42,022 nucleotides of DNA from an uncultured bacterium (GTDB taxonomy: Bacteria > Patescibacteriota > Minisyncoccia > Phycocordibacterales > UBA918): NCBI GenBank assembly GCA_913050645.1, contig CAJXAG010000003.1, positions 1 through 42,022 of the forward strand. Direction: 5' to 3'. The first letter of the stretch is position 1; the number at the start of each line of letters is the position of its first letter. Of the stretch, positions 35,598 through 42,022 are shown in pieces. A model generated the notes under the pieces. That model was not told where the DNA came from, made no database searches, and saw nothing but the letters and a program-made list of their open reading frames with translations. Made by a program: the position numbers and the translations under genes.

Positions 35598-36305
35598 ATG
35601 GAACTTGGGCACGAATACCGTTGGACTGTAGCTAATGTACAAACAGAAACACCGCGGATAAAAAATATATATCTGGAATCTTGCAGTGAAAGACCAGTGT
35701 TTATCGCCGGGCAGTACTTGACGGTGAAGTTGCCTGATTGTAGTCCAGCCGAGGGCAAGGCATATAGTATTTCCAGCGCCCCCACAGAGTCACAGGTGCG
35801 TTTGAGCATCAAACGTATTGGTGTTTTTTCTGAAGCACTGTTGTCACTTCAGTCGGGAGATGAACTTATCACGACTGCTCCATATGGGTTTTTCTATCCT
35901 GAACCTGAAGAGAGCAGCCCGTTGGTATTTGTGGTCGGTGGCATTGGTATCACCCCATGTCTGAGTATTATAAAAGACCTCGCATACCAGCAAAACTCTC
36001 GACCGGTACAGCTACATTACTCAAACCAGACAGAATCCGATATCGCTTTTTTTGCAGAACTGGAACAACTTACAGCACAACATCCGAATCTCAGCGTAAT
36101 GCATTACGTCACGCGTGAGCAACCAGCCAACGATGCAGTTACGTTCGGCAGGATGACAATCAAGTCACTTCTCTCCCATGTTGATCTCAGTACAGATGCA
36201 GAGTTTTTTATTTGTGGATCAATGGATTTTACAAAAACCCTTTGGAAAGGACTCCACGGTGCAGGTGTGCCACAGCACCAATTGTATACTGAGGGTTTTT
36301 TCTGA
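35598..36305 (+). CDS. FAD/NAD(P)-binding oxidoreductase (FNR family)
   Basis: GQYL, YSISS, GGIGITP and FICG motifs. Confidence 0.9.
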   Translation: MELGHEYRWTVANVQTETPRIKNIYLESCSERPVFIAGQYLTVKLPDCSPAEGKAYSISSAPTESQVRLSIKRIGVFSEALLSLQSGDELITTAPYGFFYPEPEESSPLVFVVGGIGITPCLSIIKDLAYQQNSRPVQLHYSNQTESDIAFFAELEQLTAQHPNLSVMHYVTREQPANDAVTFGRMTIKSLLSHVDLSTDAEFFICGSMDFTKTLWKGLHGAGVPQHQLYTEGFF

Positions 36306-36403
36306 GATATGCTCAGTGAGATATTTTGTAAAATGCAAAAAAAGTAGGCTCCGCGAGTGTGTCGCGAAGCCTGTTTGTTATTACTGGAGACTGTCCGGTT
36401 CGA

Positions 36404-36877
36404 CTAGAGCTCCAGGTAGGTCTTCTCAGTCCTTGGTGAAACGGAGAAGTCTGCAACCAGTCGGTCGGGTCCACTGCCTGTGAAGACGACGGCATTGTAT
36501 GGTGCAGAGATGCGCATTAGCAAATCTTCGGTAAAGCCAATGCGGCAGACACGATGTTCTGCGAAGTGGTGGTAGTAGCCAGTACGACCATTGTCCATGC
36601 ACCATTTCGTGTCATCGTCCCATCCGGGTATCGCTGTAAACTGAACCTGTACCCAGTCCTCGTCGTTGTCTTCGAGGGAGGTAAAGGTTGCAGTACACTC
36701 AATGTGGCCGTGGTATTTTCTGCTGCGACTGTATGAGTAATCGATGGATTTCAGGCCGCAAGCCATTTTTCCAGTGAGTACCTCGTACGCCATTACAGCA
36801 AGCCGCTCAAACGCTTGTTGAAGTGTTTGACGGCGGTGGTTTTTTGTCAAAAGGTCTAGTAGTTCTTGAGTCTTCAT
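36404..36877 (-). CDS. Hypothetical protein
   Basis: 157-aa ORF with AAGGAG SD. Confidence 0.6.
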   Translation of the reverse strand: MKTQELLDLLTKNHRRQTLQQAFERLAVMAYEVLTGKMACGLKSIDYSYSRSRKYHGHIECTATFTSLEDNDEDWVQVQFTAIPGWDDDTKWCMDNGRTGYYHHFAEHRVCRIGFTEDLLMRISAPYNAVVFTGSGPDRLVADFSVSPRTEKTYLEL

Positions 36878-37194
36878 CTTTCTATGCTCCTTGGTTGCCA
36901 GCGAGTGCTGGTGACGCAGAGCTTATCGGTCGCCTAAGGTTAGTCCGATAACTGGGAAGATCATGACATCTTAGGTTCTTTCAATTTATAACCAGCAGCT
37001 AGTATGCTGGTCACCCGTACCCAGTCGATAGGGAGTGAAAGTAGCTATATTTAAGCATAAAATATTGACTTTGTCAATAAAATGTGGTATTCTACTTAGG
37101 TTGGTATTACTCCAACCCTATCGAGATACGCAGTCCCATGCGTATCGGGCATATCGCGCGATAGGAACCCTCACATATATGAAGGGAGACTACT

Positions 37195-37779
37195 ATGGGA
37201 CGTAACCTGGACTGGCTCTATAGCCACGCCACTCGCCTTGAACAGAAGTTCGGGGTGAACAAGTTCCTGAAAAGGAAAGGGGTCGTGCACGCGACCAAAG
37301 AACAGTTCGCTGACGATTGGGCTGCTAAGGTGCGCGAAGAACTTCGCGGCTGGAAGCCTGAAACACTTGGCAAGCTGATTGCCTGCGGTGCCCAGAGCAT
37401 GTCCAGTGCCCTTGAGCTTCGTACTGCGATGTCTGATATGAGCACTCAAGAATACAACAAGCTCAAGCATTATCCTGGTGCCATCTGGCTCGAAGAGCTG
37501 GCCACCCAGGTTTTGCTTGCTGCACTCTACGACGTGACCGTTATCACCGAAGGTCGCCGTCAGTCGCAGAAGGGAGAACATCCCTACGTCGACAACGGTC
37601 GGCAATGCTACCATGGTCGCACCGTTCAGGTGATCGAAAATGGTCGCCAGATCGAGATTCCGAACCCGTACTGGCGCTCGGAAGCAGTCGACGTGAGTGT
37701 CATCCCTGATGTACGCTTTGCGGGGCGGCATGAGGATGAATATCCTGGCCTGGAGCCGGAAGACATTCATATTCCGTAA
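37195..37779 (+). CDS. Hypothetical protein
   Basis: 194-aa ORF with GGGAG SD and downstream hairpins/terminator. Confidence 0.7.
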   Translation: MGRNLDWLYSHATRLEQKFGVNKFLKRKGVVHATKEQFADDWAAKVREELRGWKPETLGKLIACGAQSMSSALELRTAMSDMSTQEYNKLKHYPGAIWLEELATQVLLAALYDVTVITEGRRQSQKGEHPYVDNGRQCYHGRTVQVIENGRQIEIPNPYWRSEAVDVSVIPDVRFAGRHEDEYPGLEPEDIHIP

Positions 37780-37792
37780 CTCCAACAATTCG

Positions 37793-37885
37793 AGGGTGAC
37801 GGAATATGCCGTCACCCTACAACTGCTACACCACACCGGTGTAGCTTTTTTTACATAAAAGAGCCCCGCATTTTTGCGGGGCTCT
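37793..37885. terminator. Three hairpins between convergent genes, including terminators for both strands
   Basis: Hairpins at 37793-37818, 37825-37845 (followed by a T-tract) and 37860-37885. Confidence 0.75.
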
Positions 37886-37889
37886 AAAC

Positions 37890-38348
37890 TTAGGTACGTA
37901 ACCGGTCACGCAGTTCATAGAGTCTTGAAGTAAGTTCAAGAACGGTCAGAACAGTGTCGTGAGTGTCGTGCGACCCAATGGTGTGGATCAAGCGTTCGTT
38001 TCCGGTTTGTTGCAGAATTAGATGGAGTTCAGCTGATGCAGCAAAAGCAACATCATACAACCGATCGAGTAGGTCTTGGTAGTTCTGACTTGACCGTTGG
38101 TATACAACCCCGTTCCAGTGCAGCATTTGGGTGTCTTTCCAGTCATTGTGCGACCGCCCAGCTTTCTTAGCTGCTTTACCGTCAAGCCCACAGATACGAA
38201 CTTGCTCCGCCCAATCAGCGCATTTAAACGCTTGAAGCGGCCCTTCAAGACAGGTACAAGTCACACCGTCAAACGTGAACGGAAGGGGATTGAAGTTTGA
38301 GAGTTTTTTCTCAAGTGGGTTCTTCGAACCATAACCAATGTTCAGCAT
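37890..38348 (-). CDS. NADAR family protein (phage T4 gp30.3-like)
   Basis: LSNF...F.FDG...EG.LQ.FK, G..AKK.G, L.W.G and L..TG...L.H..G motifs. Confidence 0.75.
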   Translation of the reverse strand: MLNIGYGSKNPLEKKLSNFNPLPFTFDGVTCTCLEGPLQAFKCADWAEQVRICGLDGKAAKKAGRSHNDWKDTQMLHWNGVVYQRSSQNYQDLLDRLYDVAFAASAELHLILQQTGNERLIHTIGSHDTHDTVLTVLELTSRLYELRDRLRT

Positions 38349-38481
38349 TGTATTTCTCCTCTTTTGTAAAGAACTACTGCACTGAGTATAGTGATCTCCA
38401 GATATTTTGCTTATATTTTAGTCACGTTTATAGATTTTTCTGAAATATCTTTTATATAAGCCATTATATTTATATATAGTG

Positions 38482-38510
38482 TTGACGAAAATTACGTCAA
38501 TATGTATCAT
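38482..38510 (+). promoter_or_regulatory. Promoter with an overlapping inverted repeat (possible autoregulatory operator)
   Basis: TTGACG-17-TATCAT; inverted repeat TTGACG-N7-CGTCAA. Confidence 0.6.
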
Positions 38511-38516
38511 GCAATC

Positions 38517-39347
38517 ATGAAACAAAAGCTAAATGATGTACTGTACCCACTGGGCCTTACAAAGTCTGAGGTAGACGTATACTACAAACTTCTTGCCTAC
38601 GACCATGTAAACATAAGTGTGCTCAGTCGTGAGACAAAGATTCCGCGTACGTCGCTGTATACCATTCTCGCGACACTACAGAAACGAGAACTTGCTCGAC
38701 AGATAACTGTTGGTGGCCATAAAGAATGGCAGGCAGCTTCACCTGAGGAACTACAGGCGATAGTGAATCGCTCATACCAGGCGATGGAAAAAGTCATGCC
38801 TGATCTTGTGGGGCGGCAGGGATATAAAAGTCTTCATAAGAAAGGAACGGTTGAGTTTATTGCTGGGGAGAAAACAAAAAGTCGTGGAGCGTTGCGTACT
38901 CTCTATAGCAATTTGCGAGCGCTTCCGAAACATGAACATGTATATATAATTGAAGGACTTGGCTCTGTAGCGTATCGGTCCGGGTCATTTGGCTCGGCGT
39001 ATGCACGTGTATGGCAAAACCTACTAACCGATGCGTCGTTTGTGCTCCATGCAGTAGTGTCACGATCTTCATTGGAAGAAATTCTTGCACTCGATAAAAG
39101 TACTCTGCAACTTTTTTTGAAGACACCCATTAGTCTGTATGTACTTGATGATGATGCACTTGATTTTAGTTGTGACATTGTTGTGCACAAAGAACAGGTG
39201 TTTTTTGCACACCCGCCACATAACACTGCAGCAATCATAAACTACAAATACACCGCTGATGCGATGATGAGCGTGTTTGACAGCGTAGTGCTTAGTGCAC
39301 AGAAAGTTAATCTGCAGGCAGAGGTACACAAGCGATTGGGTATATAG
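38517..39347 (+). CDS. TrmB family transcriptional regulator
   Basis: LGLT.SE..VY..LL and IPRTSLY.IL..L wHTH. Confidence 0.85.
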   Translation: MKQKLNDVLYPLGLTKSEVDVYYKLLAYDHVNISVLSRETKIPRTSLYTILATLQKRELARQITVGGHKEWQAASPEELQAIVNRSYQAMEKVMPDLVGRQGYKSLHKKGTVEFIAGEKTKSRGALRTLYSNLRALPKHEHVYIIEGLGSVAYRSGSFGSAYARVWQNLLTDASFVLHAVVSRSSLEEILALDKSTLQLFLKTPISLYVLDDDALDFSCDIVVHKEQVFFAHPPHNTAAIINYKYTADAMMSVFDSVVLSAQKVNLQAEVHKRLGI

Positions 39348-39354
39348 TATGGAT

Positions 39355-39714
39355 ATGGAAATGGCATACACAAACGCAAAAGATTTTTTAAGAAAGACGG
39401 TAACTATAGAGATGGACCGGCCGCTTGGAAGCGTCCATCCAAAGCATGGCTTTGTGTATGAATTGAACTATGGGTTTGTTCCGGGGACACGCTCACCTGA
39501 CGGGGAAGAGCTCGATGCATATGTGCTTGGTGTTGACGAACCACTGCAAACGTTTGAAGGTGTGTGTATCGCGATTATTCACCGTACCAACGATGACGAC
39601 GACAAGTTGATTGTGGTGCCTTCTGACAAAACTGACATCACTGATGAAGAGATCCGAAAGAAGACACACTTTCAAGAACAGTGGTTTGAATCAGAAATTG
39701 TTCGTAACAATTAA
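39355..39714 (+). CDS. ppa: Inorganic pyrophosphatase (short family I type)
   Basis: DRPLGS.HP, NYGF, DGEELD and DDKL; start uncertain (39349, 39355 or 39361). Confidence 0.88.
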   Translation: MEMAYTNAKDFLRKTVTIEMDRPLGSVHPKHGFVYELNYGFVPGTRSPDGEELDAYVLGVDEPLQTFEGVCIAIIHRTNDDDDKLIVVPSDKTDITDEEIRKKTHFQEQWFESEIVRNN

Positions 39715-39743
39715 AGGGAAGGCTTTTGCCGGATACTTCTCTT

Positions 39744-39779
39744 CGAAATTTCGAACGAAATTTCGAACGAAATTGCGAA
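39744..39779. repeat. Three tandem copies of a 12-bp unit
   Basis: CGAAATTTCGAA x2 plus CGAAATTGCGAA. Confidence 0.9.
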
Positions 39780-39838
39780 GGGGGATAAAAAGAATAAAAA
39801 TAAAAGTACGCGCTGGCCGAGTATGATACGCTAAAAGT

Positions 39839-40006
39839 ATGATAGAAAAATTTGTACGCAAACTTACCAAGACAGGTATGTATAGTTACACAGTGAACGT
39901 ACCTAAAGAGGTCATTGCTGATCTAAAGTGGCGCGAGCGTCAGAAGCTTGAGGTGGTGTATGATGCAAAGAAGAAAGAATTGAAAATAAAAGACTGGAAG
40001 AAATAG
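39839..40006 (+). CDS. AbrB/MazE-like DNA-binding protein (55 aa, missing from the ORF track)
   Basis: MIEKFVRKLTKTGMYSYTVNVPKEVIADLKWRERQKLEV..., swapped-hairpin pattern. Confidence 0.8.
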   Translation: MIEKFVRKLTKTGMYSYTVNVPKEVIADLKWRERQKLEVVYDAKKKELKIKDWKK

Positions 40007-40012
40007 CAAAAG

Positions 40013-40043
40013 AAAAGCTTGGCGACATTGCCGCCAAGCTTTT
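40013..40043. terminator. Bidirectional terminator
   Basis: AAAAGCTTGGCG-N7-CGCCAAGCTTTT. Confidence 0.8.
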
Positions 40044-40063
40044 TGTTTGTTTTGAGAAACGCG

Positions 40064-41920
40064 TTACCTGTCTTCACCGCGCAACTGCTGCAAGAGCAGT
40101 TCAACGTCTTCCGGCGAAAGCTGGTTGACGGTTGCCTCGAGGTCTGAGCGTTGCATTTCCGCCTCATAGCGCGCAAAGACCGACTCGGCCCGAGCGTCCA
40201 TCACCTCCTGTAGTTCACTTTCGGCGAGTGTCAGCACGAGGTTGTCGAAGGTTTCCACTTCGATGACGGCCGGCTCGGTGTTGATGGTTGAGAGTACGAT
40301 AGGTTCGCCAACGAGGCTCGCTGCCACCTCTGCCGAGCGTGTGCCACCGACCAGAAACACCTTGTCGGTGACGGTGTCGAGACGTACGTAGAAGTACGTA
40401 TCGCCGTCTTGGATAACCGGCTGCAAGCTCAGGAGTAAACCTTCGTAGAAGGTTGCCTCAAGGTCTGCATTGCCTTCGAAGGCGCCGATACCTTGGTTTT
40501 CACGCGCCGAGCGCAGGTATGCCCGCACCGCTTCGGTGACCGTGTCGCCCGTGCCGTAGATATCACGGCTCCGCTGTGAAACGAGTCCGAAACCTTTGCG
40601 AGCGCCATTGGCATCGGTGATGACCGAGAAGTAGGTTTCCATTCCGCTCACTTGGATGAGAATGGGGTTCTCGGCCGACCAGCCATCGAAGTTCGAAATT
40701 GCACCGTTGATGGTTCTTATTGCGGTAACTTCGGTAATACCGGCCCGGCGATAGAACTGGACTTCGCCGGTCCGCGCGTTTACGGTCGCTACACCCGAGG
40801 TCGCTTCGCTGTCAGCGCGTGCGAACTGGGTGCCGGTCACGTAAATCATGGTGCCGGTTTCATTCATAGTGACGACCATGTCCGGTGTCGGGTCGATGAC
40901 GTTCTCATTGGTGAAGTAGCAAGCCACCCATCCTTGCGAGAAGCAGCCCCAGTCTTCGAGGCGAGCCTCGATGACGTCCTGCGAATATGCACGGTCAACC
41001 CAAGTGGGGATTTCCGAAACGTCATTGGCTTCGGTGATATTGCCCGTGGTCGCGTTGACGATGAGCCAACGCTCGGGGTAGTTTGCAAAGAAGCCGACCT
41101 GTGGTCGCTCGAGCGGTACCACGTAGTACGGTACACCAGCGTCGTCCACCTGGAAGAATGGCTCGCCAAAGTTGAAGTTGATGTAGCCATTGAGGTAGAT
41201 GTGACGGTTCAAGTCTCGCGCCCAGAAGAAACCTTCCGAGCCGTAGGCAATCGGCTGGTCTTCCACGAGCTCCGCATCGGTCGAATTGATGTGCGAAGCC
41301 ACGAAGTAGCCAGGGGTTGTCCCATTGCCGAGCCAGCGCAAGAAGCCCGAGTGCACGAGTGGCGAAATCCAGACCGGTTCACCCGCTTCGGTGACGCCTG
41401 CGTAGATTTCACCAAAGTTCGTGCGGGAGGCGAGTCCCGACTCTTCAGCCGAGCCAATGAGTTCGGCACCGCGCTTGAGTGCGAGATCGGAGGTCACCCG
41501 CTGTGCCTGCTCTTGCGAGACGAGCGAGAGGGTGCTCTCCATCGTGCCGTTGTCGGTGATGTCGATAACCGATGCTAGCGATGTGGAACGGAAGAATCCG
41601 CTGCTCGCAATCGAGCCGACAATGATGACAAGAATGATGCATGCAGGCACGATGAGTGCCGCTGGTGCGCGGCTGTCAAGATTATCCTGGCCCAGCATGA
41701 TGGTCATGCCAGCTGCTGCTCCAGTCGCAATCATGAGCATGAACCATGTTCCGATCATGTCTAACGAAAACGGAGGCAACATCAACCACGAGATAATGTA
41801 GAAGTCCACGAATAGTAGCAGGGCAGAGAAGATCTGCGGCTTCTGCCGGAAGATCAGTCCAAAGGCTACGGTTGCGATTGCCGCAATACCGCCCCAGATG
41901 AGGAATCCGATTGAAAACAT
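40064..41920 (-). CDS. Large membrane protein (several N-terminal TM helices plus an extracytoplasmic domain)
   Basis: Long GC-rich ORF; GAAAGGA SD before ATG 41920. Confidence 0.8.
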   Translation of the reverse strand: MFSIGFLIWGGIAAIATVAFGLIFRQKPQIFSALLLFVDFYIISWLMLPPFSLDMIGTWFMLMIATGAAAGMTIMLGQDNLDSRAPAALIVPACIILVIIVGSIASSGFFRSTSLASVIDITDNGTMESTLSLVSQEQAQRVTSDLALKRGAELIGSAEESGLASRTNFGEIYAGVTEAGEPVWISPLVHSGFLRWLGNGTTPGYFVASHINSTDAELVEDQPIAYGSEGFFWARDLNRHIYLNGYINFNFGEPFFQVDDAGVPYYVVPLERPQVGFFANYPERWLIVNATTGNITEANDVSEIPTWVDRAYSQDVIEARLEDWGCFSQGWVACYFTNENVIDPTPDMVVTMNETGTMIYVTGTQFARADSEATSGVATVNARTGEVQFYRRAGITEVTAIRTINGAISNFDGWSAENPILIQVSGMETYFSVITDANGARKGFGLVSQRSRDIYGTGDTVTEAVRAYLRSARENQGIGAFEGNADLEATFYEGLLLSLQPVIQDGDTYFYVRLDTVTDKVFLVGGTRSAEVAASLVGEPIVLSTINTEPAVIEVETFDNLVLTLAESELQEVMDARAESVFARYEAEMQRSDLEATVNQLSPEDVELLLQQLRGEDR

Positions 41921-42022
41921 AAAGAAGTCCTTTCCTTGGTGAAGTTGGTTGTGAAGAACAGAGATAATGCTTCCCAACCTTTAAATACAGTCATAGAATA
42001 GAAGTCTATGAACAAAGGAAAA

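Noticed and set aside
1-42022. CRISPR array, cas genes, rRNA or reverse transcriptase
   Set aside because: No regularly spaced repeat-spacer array and no recognisable motifs for these; the 12-bp tandem at 39744 has no spacers
1-42022. Alternative genetic code (TGA read as Gly or Trp)
   Set aside because: Conserved genes such as the ABC permease and iscS end at TGA at the expected length, and long ORFs have no internal TGA

Overview
Bacterial chromosome window in the standard genetic code. Gene content and style suggest a Patescibacteria/CPR (Parcubacteria-like) genome; this is an inference. Positions 1 to about 11.7 kb form an accessory island next to the 3' end of tRNA-Arg(TCT). It carries a PD-(D/E)XK nuclease preceded by a C4/CI-like antisense RNA, a higB-higA(ImmA)-beta operon converging on an sce7726-family gene, a large serine recombinase followed by a 49-bp palindrome, a truncated GHKL ATPase and a MacAB-like ABC exporter with a YHS-fused ATPase. 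The remainder mixes core genes (acyP, polyprenyl synthase, RluA, rplS, NUDIX, guaC, ppa, an nrdDG-iscSU-FNR operon) with orphan or phage-like genes. tRNA-Val and tRNA-Leu each have a free-standing LAGLIDADG-type gene on the 5' side and a long structured trailer that can pair back onto the tRNA 3' end. Other notable non-coding signals are a roughly 480-nt structured RNA enclosing a hydrophobic mini-ORF, recurrent boxA-like motifs before accessory genes and many apparently leaderless genes. All calls come from motif recognition by eye; no searches were run.
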